Below, in pieces: positions 46,483-56,123 of a DNA stretch of 64,000 bases. The position numbers were made by a program, and so were the translations under genes. The stretch's first letter is position 1; each line of letters begins with the position of its first letter. Source of the stretch: a virus (lineage: Duplodnaviria; Caudoviricetes); the IMG/VR virus record IMGVR_UViG_3300025389_001063, one strand, 5' to 3'. Under the pieces are notes generated by a model. That model made no database searches. It was not told the DNA's origin and worked only from the letters and a program-made list of their open reading frames with translations.

Positions 46483-47961
46483 ATGAGATTTAGAGATTTT
46501 AACACCACTATTGTAGAAGAAAATCAAATTACTTCTAATCCTGTAGATCAGCTAAAAAATATATTACTATCAAATGAGCCCGGTAGTGCTCCATATAATT
46601 TTGCTCTTAATCTTTCTAAAAAAATAGCAAATATTATCAAATCTTCATCTTCAAAAAAACCTATTGATACACAAGAACCAGTTAATTCTCCTGAAGAGAC
46701 TCCAGAAAAACCAGCATTAGAGGCATTAGGCGATTTTAATATTAGTAAAGAACCTAAATTACCTCCAGAACTCTACCTTCTTTATAAGCATATTCCAGAA
46801 GTAATGGAACTTATCAATGCTAATCCAGAAGTAGCAAAAAAATTAAATGCGGCAAATAAAAAATATGGTAGAAAAGAATTTACAAGAGGAAAAACTACAC
46901 AACAATCAATAACAACACAATCACAACAAAATATTTTAGAGTTAACAAAAGAAATTGCAAATAGAGTTGGAATGGGTGGTAATGATTTTTGGATTAATAC
47001 TTTAATTGGCCAATTAACTCCACTAACTGACGACGAAAAGAAAACATTCTTATTAGCATGTAAAGGCGGACATGCCCTTAATTGGGCAGGTATGTTACAA
47101 TCTGAACAAGGAATGGTAGAAACTTATCTCGATAATAAAATTAAGCCTTTTTGGAAGAAGATATCTTCTGGAATTTATTCTATGCCTTTAGCAGCATCTG
47201 TAGGGGGCGGCCAATCTGGAAATGGTGAAGCTATGGTTGCTATAATGGTTGGAGGTCGTAAGCCTGAAAAGGGAGATCTCGAGGTTAATGGGAAAAAATT
47301 TGAAGTAAAAGCAACTCAAGCAGATATTAAATCAACTGGAAGTGTGCAAATTAACGAAGCTTGGTTAGAAGGTGATTCAACAAAAGCAACTGATGTTAAA
47401 AATGCGTTAGTTAAATGGCTTAAAGAAAATAAACTAGACAGATTAATTACAGAAAAATTAATTGCTGCGGCTGATTTTAGACCTCAAAAAATTAATGGTA
47501 TGAATTTTATTCTTAGTAAACTCACTCGCACACAAGCAGTTAAACTCTTATTATCAATACACAGTACTGTATTTCCTGCTATAGCAAGTAAAAGACCGTC
47601 GGTATTAAAATATTTTACATCAAAAATGTTGAAAAAAGGAAAAGTTCCTCAATTAGATATTGAAGACGTAAAAAAATATCAAGGTGGAATGGCAATCTTT
47701 GAATATGCTATGGGTAAACACGAAGCTAGAAACTTTTTATTTTTAAGTTCTGTAAAAGGTAGAACAGATATCGGATTTGTTATAACAATGGGCGCAAAAT
47801 CAACTGTTATGAAAGCAACAACACCAGGAAGTCCTGTACAATTAAGTTCTGGGATCACTTTTCAAGGAAGTGGAATTAAAAAAGCCTCGCCCGGCATCAA
47901 ATGTTTTATAGAAAGAACTGATGACGGATTTGATATGAAGATTAAAGAAGTTAATCAATAA
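46483..47961 (+). CDS. Large late protein (MRFRDF N-terminus) with a PD-(D/E)XK-like nuclease motif
   Basis: TATAAATA lies 7 nt before the ATG. GNGEAM...KGDLEVNGKKFEVKA. Confidence 0.55.
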   Translation: MRFRDFNTTIVEENQITSNPVDQLKNILLSNEPGSAPYNFALNLSKKIANIIKSSSSKKPIDTQEPVNSPEETPEKPALEALGDFNISKEPKLPPELYLLYKHIPEVMELINANPEVAKKLNAANKKYGRKEFTRGKTTQQSITTQSQQNILELTKEIANRVGMGGNDFWINTLIGQLTPLTDDEKKTFLLACKGGHALNWAGMLQSEQGMVETYLDNKIKPFWKKISSGIYSMPLAASVGGGQSGNGEAMVAIMVGGRKPEKGDLEVNGKKFEVKATQADIKSTGSVQINEAWLEGDSTKATDVKNALVKWLKENKLDRLITEKLIAAADFRPQKINGMNFILSKLTRTQAVKLLLSIHSTVFPAIASKRPSVLKYFTSKMLKKGKVPQLDIEDVKKYQGGMAIFEYAMGKHEARNFLFLSSVKGRTDIGFVITMGAKSTVMKATTPGSPVQLSSGITFQGSGIKKASPGIKCFIERTDDGFDMKIKEVNQ

Positions 47962-48011
47962 TAAAATATACATATAATTTTATAAATAGCTGTACATAAT
48001 TGGAGACAGCT

Positions 48012-48626
48012 ATGCAGATCACTAAAGATCAACTTGATAAAGCAATACCACTTGCTCGAGATGGCGATATAGAAAAATACTATCAGCCACTAGTTAATGC
48101 TATGAATAAATTCCAAATTAATACTAAATTAAGAATTGCTGCGTTTTTAGCAAACTTAGCACACGAAAGTGGTTCTTTACGTAATGTTGAAGAGAATCTT
48201 AATTATAGTTCTAATAGATTAATGCAGGTTTTCCCACGTTATTTCAGAGGAAGAAACGTTTGGGCATATAATCATCATCCAGAAATGATTGCTAATGTTG
48301 TATATGCTGCTAGAATGGGAAATGGTGATTCAAGATCCGGAGACGGATGGAAATATAGAGGTCGAGGTTTTATACAATTAACAGGTAAAGCAAATTATGA
48401 AGAATTAGGAAAAGCAGTAGGACAGGATCTAGTTACTAATCCAGATTGGGTAGAAACTCCAGAAGGAGCATCAACAAGTGCTGCTTGGTTCTGGCAGTCA
48501 CATGGTCTTAACGAACTTGCTGATCAAAATCGTTTAAGAGATATTACATTAAGAATTAATGGCGGATTGAACGGACAAGACGAACGTATCGCTTTCTTCA
48601 ATCGCATTGAAAAAATATTAGGATAA
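48012..48626 (+). CDS. GH19 endolysin
   Basis: LAHESG..ENLNYS, YRGRGFIQLTGKANY, AWFW and INGGLNG motifs. Confidence 0.92.
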   Translation: MQITKDQLDKAIPLARDGDIEKYYQPLVNAMNKFQINTKLRIAAFLANLAHESGSLRNVEENLNYSSNRLMQVFPRYFRGRNVWAYNHHPEMIANVVYAARMGNGDSRSGDGWKYRGRGFIQLTGKANYEELGKAVGQDLVTNPDWVETPEGASTSAAWFWQSHGLNELADQNRLRDITLRINGGLNGQDERIAFFNRIEKILG

Positions 48627-48637
48627 AGGAGTGTGAA

Positions 48638-49117
48638 ATGTTTGGTTTTCTAAGCGGTATGGGAGCAAGAATAGTAACGATCCTAGTTGTTCTAGTATTA
48701 CTAATTGCTGCCTTTTTTTATGTAAAAAGTTTACAATCTAGCCTAGAGGCTGCTAAAGCAGAACAGGCTAGATTAGTTGATGTTGTTAGTTCACAAAAAT
48801 TAGCAATGGATCAACTTAAAATGGATATTACTAGAATGAATAATATTCAAACAGAATATGGTAAAAAAGTCAGCGATTTTGACAACAAAGTTAAAGATAT
48901 TTCTGACAAGTTCAATAAAGATAAAAATGGAAAACCTAGAGATTTTGGAAAGGATATTGCTACTCATCCAGATGCAATGGAATTATCAATTAACAGAGCA
49001 ACAATAGATGCTCATCGTTGTAATGAATTAATAACAGGATCACCACTAACAAAAGATGAACTATCAGGTAAAGTTAAAAATTCGATATGCCCAGAACTAT
49101 TAGGAGGCAAGAGATGA
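48638..49117 (+). CDS. Probable inner-membrane spanin (Rz-like)
   Basis: N-terminal TM and coiled-coil; follows the endolysin and overlaps a lipoprotein gene. Confidence 0.65.
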   Translation: MFGFLSGMGARIVTILVVLVLLIAAFFYVKSLQSSLEAAKAEQARLVDVVSSQKLAMDQLKMDITRMNNIQTEYGKKVSDFDNKVKDISDKFNKDKNGKPRDFGKDIATHPDAMELSINRATIDAHRCNELITGSPLTKDELSGKVKNSICPELLGGKR

Positions 49118-49446
49118 ATAAAGTTTTAATAATAATGTCTGCTCTAGGATTAGCAGCATGTAATAGCACAACAATGATTAAACCAGAAATTCAAAATCGT
49201 CCTAATATTGTTCTTCCACAAGTACGTCCGGTTGAGCAATTACCAGTTAAATGGACTGTACTTACTCGTAAGAACATGGAATCAAAGTTAAAGGCATTAG
49301 AAGCAAATGGAGGTACTGCTACATTCATTGCTACTACTCCTGAAGGATATAAGAATCTAAGTCTTAATGCTGCTGAACTTCGTCGTTATATCGAAGAACA
49401 AAATGCTAAAATGGACGCATTAGAGAAATATTACGAAGGACAATAA
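49114..49446 (+). CDS. Probable outer-membrane spanin lipoprotein (Rz1-like)
   Basis: Lipobox LGLAAC at the start ATG 49114; Pro-rich. Confidence 0.65.
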   Translation: MNKVLIIMSALGLAACNSTTMIKPEIQNRPNIVLPQVRPVEQLPVKWTVLTRKNMESKLKALEANGGTATFIATTPEGYKNLSLNAAELRRYIEEQNAKMDALEKYYEGQ

Positions 49447-49986
49447 ATGTCAAAAGATGTAACATGCCCTGATCCATCTGCTACTGCTGATACTGTAGCA
49501 GATGCTACAAAAGAAGTTGTTCACAAAGCAACTGAACATCCAATTTGGCAACAATTACTTACAACTATAGCAGCAAAGCCTGAAGACTTTGTTATGTGGT
49601 TTTTATTAATTGTGTTAATGACTATGTTTACGTTTTTAATATGGTCATGGCATAGAAGTAAAACAAACAAATTTGATTTGGAAGATTTAGTTTGTATAGA
49701 TGGTAAACTTAACGAAAGCAAGATGAATCGATTTGTTGCTTTCGTTATTAGTACTTGGGGATTTATATATCTACTTGTTACTAAACAATTTACAGAATGG
49801 TTTTTTATGGGATATATGGGTGCTTGGGTAAGTAATGCTTTATTAGCAACATATCTTCGTCAACGTGATAAAGAAATTGATCAGAACTATCAATTACAAT
49901 TGGCAAAAGCACAAGCAGATAATCCAAATATAGTTACAGATCCTACTGCCAATTTACCAGCAAATGATCAAGGTAATACAGGTTGA
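49447..49986 (+). CDS. Membrane protein, holin candidate
   Basis: Two to three TM segments at the end of the lysis cassette. Confidence 0.5.
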   Translation: MSKDVTCPDPSATADTVADATKEVVHKATEHPIWQQLLTTIAAKPEDFVMWFLLIVLMTMFTFLIWSWHRSKTNKFDLEDLVCIDGKLNESKMNRFVAFVISTWGFIYLLVTKQFTEWFFMGYMGAWVSNALLATYLRQRDKEIDQNYQLQLAKAQADNPNIVTDPTANLPANDQGNTG

Positions 49987-50049
49987 CAAATAAATCTTAA
50001 TACATTATTATTAACCTAACTAAGGAGAATATAACAGTGAGTCATATAA

Positions 50050-50268
50050 ATGGCTAAAGAAGAGTTGATTGAGTTAATGGGTACAGTTACTGAAGTATTA
50101 CCCAATAGTATGTATAGAGTTACCGTTAAAGAAAATGGACATGTAGTTCTTGCTTACGGTAGTGGAAAGATAAGACAAAACAAGATCAAAATACTTGAAG
50201 GTGATGTTGTTACATTAGAAATGAGTCCCTATGATTTAGAAAAGGGCAGAATCAAGTATAGACATTAA
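50050..50268 (+). CDS. infA: Translation initiation factor IF-1
   Basis: [19 protein letters not shown]...[30 protein letters not shown]. Confidence 0.96.
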   Translation: MAKEELIELMGTVTEVLPNSMYRVTVKENGHVVLAYGSGKIRQNKIKILEGDVVTLEMSPYDLEKGRIKYRH

Positions 50269-50275
50269 ATAACTA

Positions 50276-51094
50276 ATGCTACCTTTACCATATCATAACG
50301 AAACTGAGGGAACTCGTATATTTCAGAGTTTCCAAAAATTCTTTAACAAAGAAGTTACACCTAAGCAGGTGGTTTCTCATCTCAGAAAAATTGTAGGTCC
50401 AAATGTTGTAATAACAACACAAAAGAGTACAAATGTTGAGAATAATGATTTAAATCTTAATGCTTATTATGATCCTGACGAAGATGAACAAGAAGAAAAA
50501 CCATTTGAAATAATGGTGGTATTCCCAAAAGAAAACCCAAATGTCACTATGGATAAAGAGGGATGGCGTGAATTCGCCACGAAGGTCATAGACTTTCTCG
50601 AACACGAGATGATACATCAGGCTCAATATAGATCTCGTGAGTTTCGCCCTGGTAGGCAATATCGAAGCAGGCACACGGATCCAACCATTAAACAGAGTCA
50701 AGAATATCTGGGAAATCCGGACGAGATAGAAGCCTATGCGTATAATCTTAGTCGTGAGCTATTGAGAAAAACTAATAATGACTATGATCGCACAATGCGT
50801 CTGCTAAAAAACTTTAGTCAAACTGCTATGACAAAGGACCAAGCAGGTCGACTGCTTAGTCCTAATCTTTCTGCTTACTTCAAAGATTTTAATTATGATA
50901 CAACTCATCCAGTTCTTAAAAATCTTATGAAAAAGACTTATCAATTTGTTCAACAGCAAATGAAACAAAAGCAGAGAGAAGCCCGTGTTGCCGAACGCAA
51001 CTCACAAATCGAACGAGAGACGGAACGAGTAAAAGAGAGTCTTGAACGACTTGACAAAGAGTTTGGATCATCATATACTATTATAGTAGAATAG
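50276..51094 (+). CDS. Zincin-like (HExxH) hypothetical protein
   Basis: LEHEMIH and YLGNPDEIEAYA motifs; TAAATA lies 4 nt before the ATG. Confidence 0.6.
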   Translation: MLPLPYHNETEGTRIFQSFQKFFNKEVTPKQVVSHLRKIVGPNVVITTQKSTNVENNDLNLNAYYDPDEDEQEEKPFEIMVVFPKENPNVTMDKEGWREFATKVIDFLEHEMIHQAQYRSREFRPGRQYRSRHTDPTIKQSQEYLGNPDEIEAYAYNLSRELLRKTNNDYDRTMRLLKNFSQTAMTKDQAGRLLSPNLSAYFKDFNYDTTHPVLKNLMKKTYQFVQQQMKQKQREARVAERNSQIERETERVKESLERLDKEFGSSYTIIVE

Positions 51095-51118
51095 AAATCC
51101 AAACATAGGAAAATCCGA

Positions 51119-51880
51119 ATGTCCGTTACCGGTGTTGAAATTAGCGAGTTTGAAACTCTTGAAGTTCTTGCGGCTGCTATTGCTGCTTTCGAACACAATA
51201 AAGGCTACATCAAACATAACGAACCAACATTTATATACGATGACGCACATATTACCAAATATGCTAATAAAGAAATTCTAAGATATCACTTTATGGTTGA
51301 TTACTACGGTAATAATGGTAATAAACCTCCTGTTATTAAAGTCTCTGATGAACATAGAGAAAAAGCAAAAGAAATTCGTGAATATACTAAAAAAGAAATC
51401 TTTAATCTCCTAAACAATAAACATGGTTATACAACTGACCTATATACTATTCTTAATAACGAGTATGCAGGAGCAAATAAGTTTGGATGGATTGCTTCTG
51501 CTCCGCTCTATTTCCAAAACGGTAAAAATAAAGATTTATATAAAGAAAAATTAAACAGTATTCAAAGTAACTATGTTGGTGCTATAGGTGGCAAGGTATT
51601 TTTAAAAGATTTTGAAATTATTAAAAATAATAAGAGTAATAATTTTCCAGGATGTGTTGTTCAAGGTATTTGTGAAGGAAACTTGTTTCTATTCTTTTCA
51701 TCACACGATTGGAGTGGATTTAAGGTTGGTGACAAAGTTAATATCGAAGGCAAAGTAAAAGATCACGTTTTAGAACAAAATACAATCCCTATGACTAAAT
51801 TAAACAGAGTCTACGAAAGGACACAGAATGGCAGTAGAAGGACAATACGGACAGTCAGTGACAGTGACTTGTTCCGATAA
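51119..51880 (+). CDS. Hypothetical protein with a probable C-terminal OB fold
   Basis: YVGAIGGKV...GKVKDH...TKLNRV. Confidence 0.6.
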   Translation: MSVTGVEISEFETLEVLAAAIAAFEHNKGYIKHNEPTFIYDDAHITKYANKEILRYHFMVDYYGNNGNKPPVIKVSDEHREKAKEIREYTKKEIFNLLNNKHGYTTDLYTILNNEYAGANKFGWIASAPLYFQNGKNKDLYKEKLNSIQSNYVGAIGGKVFLKDFEIIKNNKSNNFPGCVVQGICEGNLFLFFSSHDWSGFKVGDKVNIEGKVKDHVLEQNTIPMTKLNRVYERTQNGSRRTIRTVSDSDLFR

Positions 51881-52073
51881 TGGAAAATCACAAATAGCAG
51901 AAGTATTAAAATTTCAAGAAGGACAAAGACTAATAGTAAGTCTTAATCGAACTATTCGCATGGAAATGGTATACAATCCCCGTAGTAAGTTGTATATTGC
52001 TAATCAAAGTGGCCTAGAATTTGTTTCTAGTGGTCCTAATTTTATTCAACGTGCGGAGGTTAAAAGACGCTAA
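51828..52073 (+). CDS. Hypothetical protein
   Basis: ORF coupled to clpP. Confidence 0.6.
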   Translation: MAVEGQYGQSVTVTCSDNGKSQIAEVLKFQEGQRLIVSLNRTIRMEMVYNPRSKLYIANQSGLEFVSSGPNFIQRAEVKRR

Positions 52074-52672
52074 TGGCATTAGTTCCAGTTGTTATTGAAA
52101 AAGAATCAGGCGGTGAACGCTCTTATGATATCTATAGTCGTTTGCTTAAAGATCGTATCATTATGCTCGAAGGAGAAGTTGGCGATCACATGAGTGGAGT
52201 AATTTGTGCTCAATTACTCTTCCTCGAAAGTCAAAATAGTAAAGATATCTATATGTACATTAATAGTCCCGGTGGATCAGTTACTTCTGGTATGGCTATC
52301 TACGATACAATGCAATTCATTAAACCAGATGTTGTTACTATTGCTATGGGACAAGCATGTTCGATGGGTTCACTATTAGCACAAGCAGGTGCTCCAGGTA
52401 AAAGACTTATACTTCCACATGCTCGTCACATGATACATCAACCAAGTGGCGGAGCAAGAGGACAGGCAACTGATATCCAAATTCAGGCACGTGAGATACA
52501 AAAGATGAAAGAATATCTCACAAATATCTACGTTAAACATAATTCGCAAAGTAAACTATATGATGAACTTGCTGCTGATATGGAACGTGATTATTTCATG
52601 AGTGCCGCAGAAGCAGTTGCTTATGGTCTTGCTGATCGTGTTATTGAAAAAAGGGAAGAAGCCGTTGAATAA
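52073..52672 (+). CDS. clpP: ATP-dependent Clp protease proteolytic subunit
   Basis: [37 protein letters not shown] and ERDYFMSA motifs. Confidence 0.97.
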   Translation: MALVPVVIEKESGGERSYDIYSRLLKDRIIMLEGEVGDHMSGVICAQLLFLESQNSKDIYMYINSPGGSVTSGMAIYDTMQFIKPDVVTIAMGQACSMGSLLAQAGAPGKRLILPHARHMIHQPSGGARGQATDIQIQAREIQKMKEYLTNIYVKHNSQSKLYDELAADMERDYFMSAAEAVAYGLADRVIEKREEAVE

Positions 52673-53477
52673 ACTTCTAATGTGTCCACCGATGTATTTT
52701 AATGTCGATTATGACATTAATCCATGGATGAGTGACAATATAAATCAAGTTGACAAAGAATTAGCAGAGAAGCAATGGCGTAAACTTTATAATGCTCTCC
52801 GCGATGTTGCTGATGTTTATCTAATAGATCCACAACCAGGATTACCAGATATGGTGTTTACTGCTAATGCTGGATTCTATAAGAGAAAACATAATATGGT
52901 TTATATTTCTAATTTTAGAAATGAACAGCGTAAGGGTGAAGAAGTACACTTTATCGAATGGTTTAAAGAAAATGGATATTCTATTGTTTATACACACTAT
53001 CCATTTGAAGGTGAAGGTGATCTCTTAAAAGGTGATATGGACAATCACTGGATCGGATGGGGATTTAGAAGTGACAAGAGAATTCACGACGAATTTCCTT
53101 TTACTAACATAGACAACTTAAAAAAGTTACATCTTGTTGATCCACGCTTCTATCATCTTGATACTTGCTTTGCTCCCCTAATGAGAGAGAAAGGAGTACT
53201 TTGGTATCCGGATGCGTTTAGTGAAGAATCACAGAAGAAGATTAGAAAGTATACTGATAGAAAGTTTTCGGTAGAGGTAACAGAGGAAGAAGCATTGACC
53301 TTTGCTTGTAATGCTGTTATTATTAAGAATCATGTGTTCATGCCCGAATGTAACTCAGTCGCAAACAAACTTAGTATGTTAGGATATAAAGTACAACAGT
53401 TTGATATGAGTGAGTTTATGAAATCAGGTGGAGCATGTAAGTGCCTAGTTATGAAGATCGGAAAGAAGGACGATTAA
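52665..53477 (+). CDS. Amidinotransferase / dimethylargininase (pentein) family protein
   Basis: [34 protein letters not shown] and C-terminal KSGGACKC. Confidence 0.85.
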   Translation: MNKLLMCPPMYFNVDYDINPWMSDNINQVDKELAEKQWRKLYNALRDVADVYLIDPQPGLPDMVFTANAGFYKRKHNMVYISNFRNEQRKGEEVHFIEWFKENGYSIVYTHYPFEGEGDLLKGDMDNHWIGWGFRSDKRIHDEFPFTNIDNLKKLHLVDPRFYHLDTCFAPLMREKGVLWYPDAFSEESQKKIRKYTDRKFSVEVTEEEALTFACNAVIIKNHVFMPECNSVANKLSMLGYKVQQFDMSEFMKSGGACKCLVMKIGKKDD

Positions 53478-53478
53478 T

Positions 53479-53946
53479 ATGTACAAGGTTAGTACTGTAG
53501 AAAAGAAAAACGTTGTCGAAAAAGAATCTTTCACAAAAGATGGCAAGTTTGCTATCATTAAACAAGGTTATAGATGGGGTTACTTTACTACAGACGAGAA
53601 ACCTAATCTTGAAAATTACGATCCAGAAGAAGGCCTTATGATTTATGATTATAATGTTGATGATCATAGTTTTGACGACGGGTGTTGGATTGAATTTGAA
53701 TACGACGACGAATTAACTGAAGATGAACAGGCTGAGTTTGAAGATGCGTTCAACGAAAACTGGTATTCGGGCGTTGAAGATTTAGGCTGGGATCAAGACG
53801 AAAGTGAAGTGATCTTCTACGGTGAACTCGAAGTTGAAGAAATCAAAGAAGAAAATGATGACTTAGACAATGTTGCTGACGGAACTACTCGATCTCACGT
53901 TATTGAAGACGATGACGATGATATTGAAGAATACGAACGAGACTAA
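53479..53946 (+). CDS. Highly acidic hypothetical protein
   Basis: Asp/Glu-rich ORF. Confidence 0.65.
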   Translation: MYKVSTVEKKNVVEKESFTKDGKFAIIKQGYRWGYFTTDEKPNLENYDPEEGLMIYDYNVDDHSFDDGCWIEFEYDDELTEDEQAEFEDAFNENWYSGVEDLGWDQDESEVIFYGELEVEEIKEENDDLDNVADGTTRSHVIEDDDDDIEEYERD

Positions 53947-54485
53947 TGAAAGTTCATATTGGACGTTATCCAAGTAACTGGGTTACTAAAAGAAATCCAA
54001 ATGCTGAACAAAAAGTTCAAGTAAGGATTGATCCTTGGGATACTTGGAACATGGCAGAAACATTGGCAGATATTATACTGCCAATGCTGAAACAACTACG
54101 TGATGAGAAACACGGTTCTCCTGGAGGATTAAAACCTTTTAATGAAACTTCTAACTCTCCACAAGGCTGTTTTGATTGGTACAAGGATGATGATAACAAG
54201 GCTTGGGAATTAGGTCATAAACAATGGCATGAGATTATGGATAAAATGATTTGGTCATTTGAACAAATTGTTGATCGTGATAGAGACAGTCAATTTCACA
54301 GTGGTACACATGATATTAAATGGGTTCCTATTAAAGACGCAGACGGAAACACCACAAGTTATCAAATGGTAAAAGGTCCTAAAGATACACATAAATTTGA
54401 CCAAAAAGGTTACACAGAGTATTATGAGAAAATACAAGAAGGTTTAGATCTTTTTGGAAAATATTATATGAATTTATGGGACTAA
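53946..54485 (+). CDS. Conserved T4-like hypothetical protein
   Basis: IDPWDTWNM..TLADII.PML, W.EIMDKMIWSF and GLDLFGKYY.NLWD motifs. Confidence 0.7.
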   Translation: MKVHIGRYPSNWVTKRNPNAEQKVQVRIDPWDTWNMAETLADIILPMLKQLRDEKHGSPGGLKPFNETSNSPQGCFDWYKDDDNKAWELGHKQWHEIMDKMIWSFEQIVDRDRDSQFHSGTHDIKWVPIKDADGNTTSYQMVKGPKDTHKFDQKGYTEYYEKIQEGLDLFGKYYMNLWD

Positions 54486-54509
54486 TAAATAAATAGGAGA
54501 GTATAGCGA

Positions 54510-54580
54510 GCGGGATTAGTTTAGGGGTAAAACTAAAGATTTCCAATCTTTCGTCATCGGTTCGATTCCGTTATCCCGCT
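54510..54580 (+). tRNA. tRNA-Gly (UCC), no encoded CCA
   Basis: GCGGGAT/ATCCCGC acceptor stem, AAAGA-TTTCCAA-TCTTT anticodon arm, U73, followed by CGG. Confidence 0.88.
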
Positions 54581-55298
54581 CGGTGTACTTTTCTTCCCAC
54601 AATTTTATTCTTTCTAATAATTCTTCAAATGTTATGTCACATTTACCAGATTTAACTTTATTTTCTGAGTGTAATATTATTCTACAATTAGCAGGATGAG
54701 ATATAATTTTCGAATCAATATTATTAGCGAATCCATAACTAACTGATATAATATGATCTCTGCTAACTCCTGATATGTTCTTTGGTTGTTTTTTTCTTTT
54801 TTTTCCTGGACAAGTATACCATCCATATTTTTCTATTAGTTCCAAATCAAACTCTTCAGGATAATGATATATATTAAATCTAAACCTTGAGGCAGAATAG
54901 TATTTTTCTTTAAGTGTTTTAATGTATGGCGAACATCGTCGTATAGATCCATCTAAATTTCTATTAGAGTAATATTGATTAGTATGTTTACATAAAATAA
55001 ATTTTACTTTAGAACAAGGATGTTTTTCGATTGGCTGCGGCCCCCTTTTTCGAGGAGTTTTATTTGTTATTTTAGCAGCACAACTCTGAGAACAATATTT
55101 GTTTTTTCTTTTACTATATTCAAGCGGTGTTTGGCAATAATTACAATTAGTAGGATTTAGTTGATATTTTTTTATCGAGGCTTCTTTATTAACTTTGTTT
55201 CTATATTTTGTCCCGCACGACAATGAACAAAATTTTCCAAAAGATCCGTTACTTAGGATAAATTCTAAATTACATTCTTGACATATCGCTCGTTTCAT
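54516..55298 (-). mobile_element. Zn-finger/HNH homing-endonuclease-like gene ending antisense inside tRNA-Gly
   Basis: CxxC clusters and SRDHIIS...HPANC...EN. Start ATG 55298 lies 5 nt after TAAATA. Confidence 0.75.
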
Positions 55299-55361
55299 TG
55301 TAGTATTTAGCATAAGATATATAAATAAGTTCAGAGTGGTAAACCCGCTCCAAGGACACAA

Positions 55362-55949
55362 ATGATTCCAATACTGGATCAAAATAATATCTATAGAAAA
55401 TTTAATTTCTCCAGTCTTTTTACAGATAAAGAAGATAAGGAGATTTGTAGAATTGTTAAAGAAATTATCGATTCTGGAAATTATTATACCAACAGTCCAA
55501 AATATCAAACAAAAGAAAATGTATTCGGACGACAAGAAGAAATTTGGATGAAACTTCGTATGACTTTTGTTTTATCTGTTTTTTTATATCTAGGTCGAGA
55601 AGTTAAAATATCTAATGTCTTAGCGTGGAGCTTTATGACTAATCATGATACAGCAGAAAATAGAGATAATCTCTGGCACAATCATCTTTCAGATCCAAAT
55701 AAAACAAAATTAAGCGGAATTTATTATGCTTACATACCGGATGATGTGAGAGATTATGATACCTGCGGAACAGAATTTGCTCCAAACGGAGTAGATGCTC
55801 CAGAAAGATTCTTTGTACGTCCTGCTCCTAAAACTTGGCTAATATATCCCAGTAAAATATGGCATCGTCCTGGAATAATTCAAAGTCACAAAAATAGATT
55901 TGTAGTAGCGTGTGATGTAGAATTAAACGATGTACAATTAAAAATATGA
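55362..55949 (+). CDS. Putative 2OG-Fe(II) oxygenase-like protein
   Basis: WHNH, SGIYY, GTEF, YPS..WHRP and RFVVA double-stranded beta-helix motifs. Confidence 0.6.
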   Translation: MIPILDQNNIYRKFNFSSLFTDKEDKEICRIVKEIIDSGNYYTNSPKYQTKENVFGRQEEIWMKLRMTFVLSVFLYLGREVKISNVLAWSFMTNHDTAENRDNLWHNHLSDPNKTKLSGIYYAYIPDDVRDYDTCGTEFAPNGVDAPERFFVRPAPKTWLIYPSKIWHRPGIIQSHKNRFVVACDVELNDVQLKI

Positions 55950-56123
55950 TAAAATAATATCTTGACGCAATCCAAACGATATAGTAAAAATCAATACAGT
56001 TATAAGACAAGATTATAAATACTTGTCAGAGTAATAAGATACTTTAACCAGGGAGGTGTTGAGTAAACTACTCATATAACTTGTGTAAAATATGCCAAAC
56101 TTTAACTTTAAGGAGAATAAGAC

